From Alphaproteobacteria bacterium (GTDB lineage: Bacteria; Pseudomonadota; Alphaproteobacteria; RF32; CAG-239), in NCBI GenBank assembly GCA_045577985.1, contig JAZNJJ010000026.1:19403-83402 (forward strand): a stretch of DNA of 64,000 nucleotides. Direction: 5' to 3'. The notes under the pieces were generated by a model, which worked only from the letters and a program-made list of their open reading frames with translations, had not been told where the DNA came from and made no database searches. This document shows, piece by piece, positions 21,301 through 27,925 of the stretch (the first letter of the stretch is position 1; each line of letters starts with the position of its first letter). The translations under genes and the position numbers were made by a program.

Positions 21301-22240
21301 CGTTATCGCTAAACTGAACTGGATTACTAAGTATTCTAATGGTTCAGAAACTAGCGAGGCTATAACTAAAACTTTCACTCGCTCCTTTAATTGTTATACA
21401 AACTGGAGCTCTAAAGAAGCTAATGGCAATCAAAACACTGGTTCTGCTACGGTAAGCGTTTTGAATACTAAAGCAGAAAAAGATGGGTATTGGTCTTGGA
21501 ACGTTGAAACTCGCGATATTAAAACTATTGCAAATCTCAACTCTTCCAATCAAACCAACGGATGGAAATCTATTGATCCGAACTCAATAATCTTTACACG
21601 TGAGGGTAAAACTTATGATTTTGGAAAAGTTGATTTCAATGCTATTGAGAATGGTGCAACTACCAGTATTAAATCAGAAGATGATATGGTAATCGTATAT
21701 AATTATACTGATGTTATCAACGTAAGTTTCGGTAGCAACACATTTAATAGTTCTGCTACGGGAACAATTAATGTTGAGAAGCCATGGAATCCTGATTTTC
21801 CTGCAGATTGGGGTAAGTTTGTTAAGGCTACAGCAACTGTTTCATGTAATGAAGATGTAAAAGACTGGATTTATACATGGTCATTACATTTTGAAAATGG
21901 AACTCTTCCTGTAGTGGTTAGACGTAATGCAAATGAGCCAGAAATAAACACAAATTACTTTGAGGCCATAACTGATAGTCGTTTTAATGGCGGTTCGTAT
22001 GTTAATGGCAAGTGGGTAAATTCTATTGCTTCAGATGAAAGCAACTTTATGTTGTGGACATCTCATGAAGATAAGGTGTTTAGAATGTTTACATATCCTA
22101 CAGCAACAGCTTGGAAATGGAACAATGGCAAGAATACTGTCTATACCGACGAATTTAACTTTGAACTGAAAAATGACGGCAAGGTATTAGTCATTACAAA
22201 AAATGGTAATGAATTTGCTCGTTATAAGGCTGGTAAATAA
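18359..22240 (+). CDS. 1293-aa surface lipoprotein with four tandem modules of about 180 aa (function unknown)
   Basis: Signal peptide ending LFGSC (lipobox) followed by acidic residues (CTADGFED). N/S/T-rich beta-type sequence. Internal repeats span aa 430-1143. No Shine-Dalgarno-like purine run before the ATG. Confidence 0.7.
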   Translation: MAKFQKFVATFVALVGIVLFGSCTADGFEDTRSYPTHVDTIKIVKDHVMVNDLTHDIDTALTDKASDEMEAKMRIYNILDGEVVDSFSMTEYPTMDTHIYCLKDNYVITEEQIEPVLVSSELRRNYNRDHVSYNGYEEKDTLILSFNDGQVVSVPVIIYAFSAEVKDDVCHFGSDSLISAKLTKVQNINTSKNTTRATYVSSVLTTEYSVELTFAEKNTKRDSIFNVNLKTYVNRKVLSEDAIDKVEVINKNRKVIDETTEQISFDKMYTMKSGEVIKEPFSRILKREFKGIAPYEKYVSSFDYAFDKSNGVVVSGNENSVEKEGNWNVFGKTDKYSANISNGIEAELIVTDYSLYHERAVYRDSHVEVAFGYENVEATEIASNVSAKGSDKEGFDKAVLNNEIRTLYLGYTQNLMEDVYLYQTATSIQGYDLENPKLQILDDKVIASIDFVINYTDGKDVRETDKIELPRSISCLTDWTCIEANSNQKTDTAIVVISASNQKSEGFWSYKNQTRNVSTLAHLNSSKQTNKWSVVVPNEIVYSREGKTYNFGEIEFFADENGADVVFVKEENGLSVYKYTDKLNVIYGENTVNTSAPGTIKVDGKGIKSNSYKDKKIVVNSNNVIASLTWITTYNDGTEKTESVSKTFPRELVCNTNWNSKEANANQTTGNTNVSIVKSEPVVDGNWVFIKETRSISTTAKLASSSQANEWTSIDPNSIVYTQNGVTVDFGTLDFSATKSDAKTTLESTVKNVETYSYVCTINVAFGSNSLNSSAPGTIIVEKAREVVDHEIRDPKLVVNSEDVTATLTWATIYNDGTEETESVKQSFARSLEVYTNWSSKENNATQTTESANTSLLSSNSKKEGFFTYVNETRQITTLVNLASSTQKNGWNSIDPNSIVYSREGKTFAFDKIEFSASEAGANVKLKNETANSSTYSYTDKINVVYGGNTKNSTATGEIIVDVVVSGYDITNPQLIINNDNVIAKLNWITKYSNGSETSEAITKTFTRSFNCYTNWSSKEANGNQNTGSATVSVLNTKAEKDGYWSWNVETRDIKTIANLNSSNQTNGWKSIDPNSIIFTREGKTYDFGKVDFNAIENGATTSIKSEDDMVIVYNYTDVINVSFGSNTFNSSATGTINVEKPWNPDFPADWGKFVKATATVSCNEDVKDWIYTWSLHFENGTLPVVVRRNANEPEINTNYFEAITDSRFNGGSYVNGKWVNSIASDESNFMLWTSHEDKVFRMFTYPTATAWKWNNGKNTVYTDEFNFELKNDGKVLVITKNGNEFARYKAGK
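19646..21787 (+). repeat. four tandem coding repeats (units start at 19646, 20189, 20726 and 21257; 177-181 aa each)
   Basis: Recurring blocks N.V(I/T)A.L(T/N)W(I/A)T.YNDG(T/S)E..E...K.F.R......TNW(S/N)SKEAN..Q.T ... IDPNSI(V/I)Y(S/T)REGKT..F ... Y.YTD.INV.(Y/F)G.N..NS(S/T)A.G.I.V. Confidence 0.85.
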
Positions 22241-22262
22241 ATACCAATGATCAACTTTCTAA

Positions 22263-22289
22263 CAGCACCTCATTTGAGGTGCTGTTTTT
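22263..22289 (+). terminator. rho-independent terminator of the 1293-aa gene
   Basis: CAGCACCTCAtttGAGGTGCTG followed by TTTTT. Confidence 0.8.
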
Positions 22290-22308
22290 GTTTAAATAAA
22301 AATGAAAA

Positions 22309-22340
22309 TGTCCGAAAAAAGGGTTCCTTTTTTTCGGACA
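22309..22340. repeat. 32-nt palindrome A1 (TGTCCGAAAAAAGGGTTCCTTTTTTTCGGACA), followed by T8
   Basis: Read directly. Hairpin plus T-run has the form of an intrinsic terminator. Confidence 0.9.
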
Positions 22341-22413
22341 TTTTTTTTATTAAAAAATCTTTCTCTCACAACGTAACATCAATAGGTTAAATTTTTCTAA
22401 ATTTGAAATTTCA

Positions 22414-22445
22414 TGTCCGAAAAAAAGGAACCCTTTTTTCGGACA
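22414..22445. repeat. 32-nt palindrome B1, the exact reverse complement of A1
   Basis: TGTCCGAAAAAAAGGAACCCTTTTTTCGGACA. Ends 5 nt before the SD of the pilin-like gene. Confidence 0.9.
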
Positions 22446-22463
22446 ATCAGAAGGGAGTTTATA

Positions 22464-23096
22464 ATGACAAATAGTAATCAATCTGGTCGTTCTATGATTG
22501 AAATGTTAGGTGTTTTGGCGATTATCGGCGTATTATCTGTCGGAGGAATTGCCGGATACTCTAAAGCGATGATGAAATTCAGAATCAATAAAACTATTGA
22601 TCAAGTTTCACAAATTGCACAAAATATTAGAATTTTATATGCCAGACAGAAAAATTACGGTAGTTTGAGTGCAAAAATAGTATATAAAGCAAATTTGGCA
22701 CCAAGAGAAATGTTTGAAGATGGTTCTGGTAGTTATGGCATGACTAATGCTTTTGGTGGTAGAGTTGGATTTGAAACAGCATCAAAAAGAGCTTCTCAAG
22801 ATAGTAAAGCTTTTGTTATTTCATTATATGATCTACCGGAAGAAGCGTGTATTGAACTGGCTACGCAAGATTGGGGTGGTGGCGAAGCTTCCGGTTTAAT
22901 TTCTGTAGGGATTGATACAAATTCTCGTCCTATATCTACGAGAGAAAACTGTGCAGGTGAAAGCGGTAGTGGTTATGCTATTGCTTGTGCAGGTGGTTCT
23001 GATGTTCCAGTTCCAATGCCAATAGATGTGGCTGTTGATGCTTGTAGTAATATTACAGGGTCCTCAATGGGGCGTTTAACATTCAAATTCTACTAA
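22464..23096 (+). CDS. type IV pilin-like protein, paralog P1 (atypical class III signal peptide)
   Basis: ORF 22413..23096 trimmed to MTNSNQSG|RSMIEMLGVLAIIGVLSVGG (8-aa leader ending in Gly, Glu at +5, 20-residue hydrophobic helix). C-terminal Cys pair (EEACIELATQDWG ... DVAVDACS). Confidence 0.7.
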   Translation: MTNSNQSGRSMIEMLGVLAIIGVLSVGGIAGYSKAMMKFRINKTIDQVSQIAQNIRILYARQKNYGSLSAKIVYKANLAPREMFEDGSGSYGMTNAFGGRVGFETASKRASQDSKAFVISLYDLPEEACIELATQDWGGGEASGLISVGIDTNSRPISTRENCAGESGSGYAIACAGGSDVPVPMPIDVAVDACSNITGSSMGRLTFKFY

Positions 23097-23120
23097 TCTT
23101 AAAAATTCTTTCTTCTACAC

Positions 23121-23157
23121 AAAAAAAGACTTAGTCATTAAAAACTAAGTCTTTTTC
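23121..23157. terminator. bidirectional terminator between P1 and the convergent 189-aa gene
   Basis: AGACTTAGTcattaaaaACTAAGTCT flanked by A7 and T5. Confidence 0.75.
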
Positions 23158-23161
23158 AATC

Positions 23162-23731
23162 TTAATCAAGGCTAATCATTAGGCGTACATTCTGTTTCAT
23201 GTCTGCCATACCGTGAAAATTTCCACAACCGCAGTTCATCATGTACGTAAGAGCATCATTTTCTCCTTCAGGACCTAGAGCCCAGTATGCACATCCCCAC
23301 TCATCAGCTTCAATATTATATTCGTTTAATATTTCAACTGTTTTGTTGAATAAATTTCGGCGAATATATGCTTCATCAAAATGATTATCCCATGGAATTA
23401 TTTGCTTCTTTCCGCAAACTAATGGACGAAGACTTTCGAGCCGTACTGCTTCGATGAAAGTCCGAGGATTTTCCTCTGTCTTTTTAAAAACAATATTACC
23501 GGTTTGAATTCCCCAAATTTCCGCCTTGCGCCTAATGTCAAGATATGGAAAAATCTCTAAATTATCCCCCTTGACGTAAGCAATTGGACATGGTGTCAAA
23601 ATACATTCTTTGGGTAAATTTTTTCTTTCTTCTTTAGATAAAGAACAAGAAAAAAATTTGTCTGCCATTTCTCGCGTAAACTCGAGTTCATCAAGCATTG
23701 CGAATAACTTCTTTTCGTTCATAATAATCAA
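23162..23731 (-). CDS. hypothetical cytoplasmic protein
   Basis: 189-aa ORF, Cys-rich C-terminus (WGCAYWALG...MMNCGCGNFHG). No family recognised with confidence. Confidence 0.45.
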   Translation of the reverse strand: MIIMNEKKLFAMLDELEFTREMADKFFSCSLSKEERKNLPKECILTPCPIAYVKGDNLEIFPYLDIRRKAEIWGIQTGNIVFKKTEENPRTFIEAVRLESLRPLVCGKKQIIPWDNHFDEAYIRRNLFNKTVEILNEYNIEADEWGCAYWALGPEGENDALTYMMNCGCGNFHGMADMKQNVRLMISLD

Positions 23732-23808
23732 TTTTTAAACAACAAAATAATTATATATCAAGATAGGTGTATATCACTTCAGTATAGAATTGTCAATAAC
23801 TTCAACTT

Positions 23809-24945
23809 CTACTGAAATAAATCCTTTATTTTATCAAAAAATCCTTTTATTTCCGGTTGGCAAGTATCGTCTTTATTTTCAGCTCTGAACGCTTCCATAA
23901 GCTCTTTCTGTTTAGCGTTTAATTTTGTTGGAATAATAACTTTCACGCTTACATATAAATCTCCTCGGCGTTCTGAGTCGTATAAATGCATTCCCTCTCC
24001 TTTTACTTTAATCAGAGAATCATTTTGTGTACCTGATGGAATTTCTACTTTAACCGTTTTTCCATCAATACCCGGAATTTCAACTGAACCACCTAAAATT
24101 GCACAACTTACAGATATTGGAACAGCTGTATATAAATCATTTCCATTGCGTTCATAGAGTTTATGAGGTTCTACAATAATACCCACATACAAATCTCCAT
24201 TTTCTCCGCCGTGTAGGCCAGCCATTCCCTCACCTGCAACACGGATACGCATATTTGATTCAATGCCCGCTTTGATTTTTATTTTGAGTTTTTTATTTAT
24301 TTTTGTTTGCCCCGCTCCATGACATTCAGAACAAACGTCTTTTATAACACGACCTTTTCCTCGACAGTTTGGACATGTCGTTTCAAAAACAAAAAATCCA
24401 CCTTGCTGAGTTCTTACCTTTCCGCTTCCATTACATGTTGGGCAAACCTCAGGCTCTTTACCGTTTTTTGTTCCGTGACCATGACATTTTTCGCAAGCTT
24501 GAGTAGTTGGAATGACAATCTCTTCTTCAGTACCATTGAAAGCCTTCTCTAAAGTAATATTAAGATTATATCTTAAATCACTTCCTCGTTGCTGATATGA
24601 ACGTTGTCGTCCAGATGATCCCCCCATAAACTCTGAGAATATATCGTTAAATACATCAGCAAATCCACCACCAGCAAAATCAAAACCTCCAAATGGATTA
24701 CCTCCGCCCATACCTCCATTAGCAAAAGCGTTCTTGCCGTATCTATCATATGCAGCACGTTTTTGTTCATCTTTAAGTACTTCATAAGCTTCGTTTATAG
24801 CTTTGAACTTTTGTTCAGCTTCTTTGTTATCCGGATTTCTATCTGGATGATATTTCATTGCTTGTTTTCTAAAAGCTTTTTTTATTTCATCTTGACTTGC
24901 CGAACGGCTTACTTCTAATAAATCATAGTATTCAGTATCACTCAT
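23809..24945 (-). CDS. dnaJ: molecular chaperone DnaJ
   Basis: J domain with HPD (YHPDRNP), a G/F-rich region, four CxxCxGxG zinc-finger repeats and the C-terminal domains. Confidence 0.95.
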   Translation of the reverse strand: MSDTEYYDLLEVSRSASQDEIKKAFRKQAMKYHPDRNPDNKEAEQKFKAINEAYEVLKDEQKRAAYDRYGKNAFANGGMGGGNPFGGFDFAGGGFADVFNDIFSEFMGGSSGRQRSYQQRGSDLRYNLNITLEKAFNGTEEEIVIPTTQACEKCHGHGTKNGKEPEVCPTCNGSGKVRTQQGGFFVFETTCPNCRGKGRVIKDVCSECHGAGQTKINKKLKIKIKAGIESNMRIRVAGEGMAGLHGGENGDLYVGIIVEPHKLYERNGNDLYTAVPISVSCAILGGSVEIPGIDGKTVKVEIPSGTQNDSLIKVKGEGMHLYDSERRGDLYVSVKVIIPTKLNAKQKELMEAFRAENKDDTCQPEIKGFFDKIKDLFQ

Positions 24946-25060
24946 TTTTAGTCTCTTTATTTATGTCATGTATGTTATTTAGATTTTTTATTTCATAAAT
25001 GCAAGCACTAAAGCGCTATAATCAACGCTTTTATATGATTAAAATATTGAAAATGTTAAA

Positions 25061-25092
25061 TGTCCGAAAAAAGGGATCCCTTTTTTCGGACA
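25061..25092. repeat. 32-nt perfect palindrome A2 (TGTCCGAAAAAAGGGATCCCTTTTTTCGGACA), followed by T7
   Basis: Read directly. Confidence 0.9.
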
Positions 25093-25165
25093 TTTTTTTC
25101 ATTAAAATTTGTTCTCCTCGTAACGTAACATCAATAGGTTAAAATTTTCTGAATTTAAGATTTTG

Positions 25166-25197
25166 TGTCCGAAAAAAGGGATCCTTTTTTTCGGACA
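25166..25197. repeat. 32-nt palindrome B2 (one C-to-T difference from A2)
   Basis: TGTCCGAAAAAAGGGATCCTTTTTTTCGGACA, located just upstream of the SD. Confidence 0.9.
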
Positions 25198-25215
25198 ATA
25201 GAAAAGGAGAATATA

Positions 25216-25839
25216 ATGAAGAAAAATAACCAATCAGGTCGTTCAATGATTGAAATGCTCGGAGTTTTGGCGATTATTGGGGTATTATCTGTAGGCGGAA
25301 TTGCCGGATACTCAAAGGCGATGATGAAATATCGAATCAATAAGACGATTGATCAAATTACACAAATTTCACAAAATGTTAGAGCTTTATACGCAAGACA
25401 AAGACAAAAAAGATATCGTAATTTATATGAGGGAATTTTATATAAAGCAAATTTAGCTCCAAAGGAAATGTTTGGTTCGGGAAATATAATGACTAACGCT
25501 TGGGGGCAAAGATTTATGGTGGGGTCTGAAGGAGATGATCAAGAAAGCTTTGGTATTGCTACCCTTGTTCCTGAAGAAGCGTGTATTGAACTTGCTACAC
25601 AAGATTGGGGGAGTCGTGATACGACAGGGTTAATTGGTGTAATAGTTAGAGAGTATGATCTATCTGGTCCTAAACCCGATTTATCCACTGGTACAATAGG
25701 TAATAATTATGCTGTAGCCGTTCCCGGCGGCTCTAAAGTTTCCGTGCCTATGCCTGTTGATATAGCTGTAAATGCTTGTTCTCTTTCATCTGGTGATTAC
25801 TTTCCTGGTTATAAAGAGATTGGATGGGTGTTCCAATAA
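25216..25839 (+). CDS. type IV pilin-like protein, paralog P2, inserted between dnaJ and dnaK on the opposite strand
   Basis: ORF 25165..25839 trimmed to MKKNNQSG|RSMIEMLGVLAIIGVLSVGG. The N-terminal 60 aa are nearly identical to P1. Conserved EEACIELATQDWG and VPMPVDIAVNACS. Confidence 0.7.
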   Translation: MKKNNQSGRSMIEMLGVLAIIGVLSVGGIAGYSKAMMKYRINKTIDQITQISQNVRALYARQRQKRYRNLYEGILYKANLAPKEMFGSGNIMTNAWGQRFMVGSEGDDQESFGIATLVPEEACIELATQDWGSRDTTGLIGVIVREYDLSGPKPDLSTGTIGNNYAVAVPGGSKVSVPMPVDIAVNACSLSSGDYFPGYKEIGWVFQ

Positions 25840-25862
25840 TTAAAGAATTCTTTCTTCTATAC

Positions 25863-25893
25863 AAAAAACCTCCCATATTGGGAGGTTTTCTTT
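25863..25893. terminator. bidirectional terminator shared by P2 (+) and dnaK (-)
   Basis: CCTCCCAtatTGGGAGG flanked by A6 and a T-run. Confidence 0.75.
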
Positions 25894-25907
25894 TAAGAAT
25901 AAGTTGA

Positions 25908-27824
25908 TTATTTAACTTCTTCAAAGTCGGCATCAACAACATTATCATCTTTTGGAGCCTCTGTTGAAGAAGATGTTCCGGCATCCGCCCCATGAGGTGT
26001 TCCTTGCATACCCTCTGCTTGTTGAGATTTATACATAGCTTCACCTAATTTCATAGAAGCTTGCATTAACGCATCTGTTTTTGCTTTAATGTCTTCTAAA
26101 TTTTCTTTTTCAAGGCTTGCTTTAACATCTTCAACAGCGGTTGTAATGCTTGTTTTATCTGCTTCAGCAACTTTATCGCCAAACTCTTTTAAGTTCTTTT
26201 CAACTTCATGAATCAAACCTTCTGCACGATTTCTTGCTTCAACAAGTTCTTTCTTTTGTTTATCTGCTTCAGCATTAGCTTCTGCATCTTTTACCATTTG
26301 GTTGATTTCGGCATCACTTAAACCACCAGAAGCTTGAATGCGAATTGCTTGTTCTTTGTTTGTTGCTTTATCTTTTGCAGATACGTTAACAATACCATTA
26401 GCATCAATATCAAATGTTACTTCAATTTGAGGCATACCTCTTGGTGCAGGCGGAATACCCACTAAATCAAATTGTCCTAACAATTTGTTATGTGCGGCAA
26501 TTTCTCGCTCACCTTGGAATACTCTAATTGTTACGGCTGTTTGACCATCTTCTGCTGTTGAAAATACTTGTGATTTACGTGTTGGAATTGTGGTATTTCT
26601 ATCAATTAAACGAGTAAATACTCCGCCTAATGTTTCAATACCCAATGATAATGGTGTTACATCAAGAAGAAGAACGTCTTTAACATCTCCCATCAATACA
26701 CCACCTTGTATTGCAGCACCAACAGCAACAACTTCATCCGGATTTACACCTTTGTGTGGTTCTTTACCAAAAATTTCTTTTACTTTTTCTTGTACTTTTG
26801 GCATACGTGTCATACCACCAACCAAAATTACTTCGCTAATATCACTAGCTTTCAAACCAGCGTCAGCTAATGCTTTTTGGCATGGAATTGCTGTTTTTTC
26901 AATCAAATCTTCAACAAGTGATTCTAATTTAGCACGAGTTAATTTCATGTTTAAGTGTTTTGGACCAGAAGCATCTGCTGTTATGAATGGTAAATTGATT
27001 TCTGTTTGAGTTGTTGATGATAATTCAATCTTAGCTTTTTCTGCTGCCTCTTTCAAACGTTGCAATGCTAATCTATCACCACGTAAATCAATCCCATTTT
27101 CTTTTTGAAATTCTTCAGCTAAATAATTTACTAAGCGTTGGTCAAAATCTTCTCCTCCAAGGAATGTATCACCGTTTGTTGCTTTAACTTCAAATACACC
27201 ATCACCAATTTCTAAGATAGATACATCAAATGTACCACCACCTAAATCATATACAACTATTGTACCAGTTGCTTGCTTATCCATTCCATATGCTAAAGCG
27301 GCAGCTGTTGGCTCGTTGATAATACGTAAAACCTCTAAACCGGCAATTTTACCAGCATCTTTAGTTGCTTGACGTTGAGAATCGTTGAAATATGCAGGAA
27401 CTGTAATAACTGCTTTTTCAACCTTTTCACCTAAATAACTTTCTGCATATTCCTTGATTTTTTGTAATACAATTGCAGATATTTGTGATGGAGCATATTT
27501 TTGACCTTTTGCTTCAACCCATGCATCACCATTATCTCCTGATACAATTTTAAATGGAGAACTTTCTTTAAACTTAGAAACTTCTGCAGAATCATAACGG
27601 CGACCAATTAATCTTTTAATAGCAAATAATGTATTTTCAGGGTTTGTTACAGCTTGTCTTTTAGCTGGGTATCCAACTAAACGCTCAGTATCTGTAAATG
27701 CTACCATTGACGGGGTTGTTCTGGCACCTTCTGAGTTTTCTAACACTTTTGCATCTTTACCATCCATTACTGAAAAGCAAGAGTTTGTTGTACCCAAATC
27801 GATACCAATTACTTTATTACTCAT
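25908..27824 (-). CDS. dnaK: molecular chaperone DnaK (Hsp70)
   Basis: 638 aa, with canonical Hsp70 motifs ([29 protein letters not shown]). Confidence 0.97.
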   Translation of the reverse strand: MSNKVIGIDLGTTNSCFSVMDGKDAKVLENSEGARTTPSMVAFTDTERLVGYPAKRQAVTNPENTLFAIKRLIGRRYDSAEVSKFKESSPFKIVSGDNGDAWVEAKGQKYAPSQISAIVLQKIKEYAESYLGEKVEKAVITVPAYFNDSQRQATKDAGKIAGLEVLRIINEPTAAALAYGMDKQATGTIVVYDLGGGTFDVSILEIGDGVFEVKATNGDTFLGGEDFDQRLVNYLAEEFQKENGIDLRGDRLALQRLKEAAEKAKIELSSTTQTEINLPFITADASGPKHLNMKLTRAKLESLVEDLIEKTAIPCQKALADAGLKASDISEVILVGGMTRMPKVQEKVKEIFGKEPHKGVNPDEVVAVGAAIQGGVLMGDVKDVLLLDVTPLSLGIETLGGVFTRLIDRNTTIPTRKSQVFSTAEDGQTAVTIRVFQGEREIAAHNKLLGQFDLVGIPPAPRGMPQIEVTFDIDANGIVNVSAKDKATNKEQAIRIQASGGLSDAEINQMVKDAEANAEADKQKKELVEARNRAEGLIHEVEKNLKEFGDKVAEADKTSITTAVEDVKASLEKENLEDIKAKTDALMQASMKLGEAMYKSQQAEGMQGTPHGADAGTSSSTEAPKDDNVVDADFEEVK

Positions 27825-27858
27825 ATTAAATTTCCTCCTATTTTAATTCTAAAGATGT

Positions 27859-27887
27859 ATATAGGGAGTAAATTTTATGTATGCAAG
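27859..27887 (-). promoter_or_regulatory. candidate sigma-32 (RpoH) type promoter of dnaK
   Basis: Minus strand reads CTTGCA-N15-CCCTATAT, against the E. coli sigma-32 consensus CTTGAA-N13-17-CCCCATnT. About 35 nt upstream of the dnaK ATG. Confidence 0.5.
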
Positions 27888-27925
27888 ATGTTAAATGATT
27901 TTTTTATAATTTTTTTAATATTTAT

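Larger units (their letters stand above)
22296..22463 (+). promoter_or_regulatory. conserved pilin-gene leader, copy 1 (palindrome A, T-run, 73-nt spacer, palindrome B, SD)
   Basis: Near-identical to 25048..25215. Invariant core AACGTAACATCAATAGGTTAAA in the spacer. SD AAGGGAG at 22451-22457. Confidence 0.6.
25048..25215 (+). promoter_or_regulatory. conserved pilin-gene leader, copy 2
   Basis: Same architecture and near-identical sequence to 22296..22463. SD AAAGGAG before the ATG at 25216. Confidence 0.6.

Noticed and set aside
22413-22463. The ORF-track N-terminal extensions MSEK(K/R)(E/D)PFFRTI... of the two pilin-like ORFs (22413 and 25165 starts)
   Set aside because: These residues are simply the translation of palindrome B. 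A good SD plus ATG lies downstream (22464 and 25216), giving the same 8-aa leader length as paralogs P3 and P4. One of the extended starts is GTG inside the hairpin.
22296-22463. PilR/sigma-54 type control of the pilin-like genes (the TGTC half-sites in the palindromes resemble PilR sites)
   Set aside because: There is no GG-N10-GC (-24/-12) element in the spacer. The second palindrome abuts the SD, too close to be an upstream activator site. This is kept only as a remote possibility.
18359-23731. A compositional (GC) argument for foreign origin of the 1293-aa gene and the 189-aa gene
   Set aside because: My by-eye per-line GC counts overlap those of flanking housekeeping genes. Without computed statistics this is not usable as evidence. 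Only the signal-motif arguments were kept, at low confidence.
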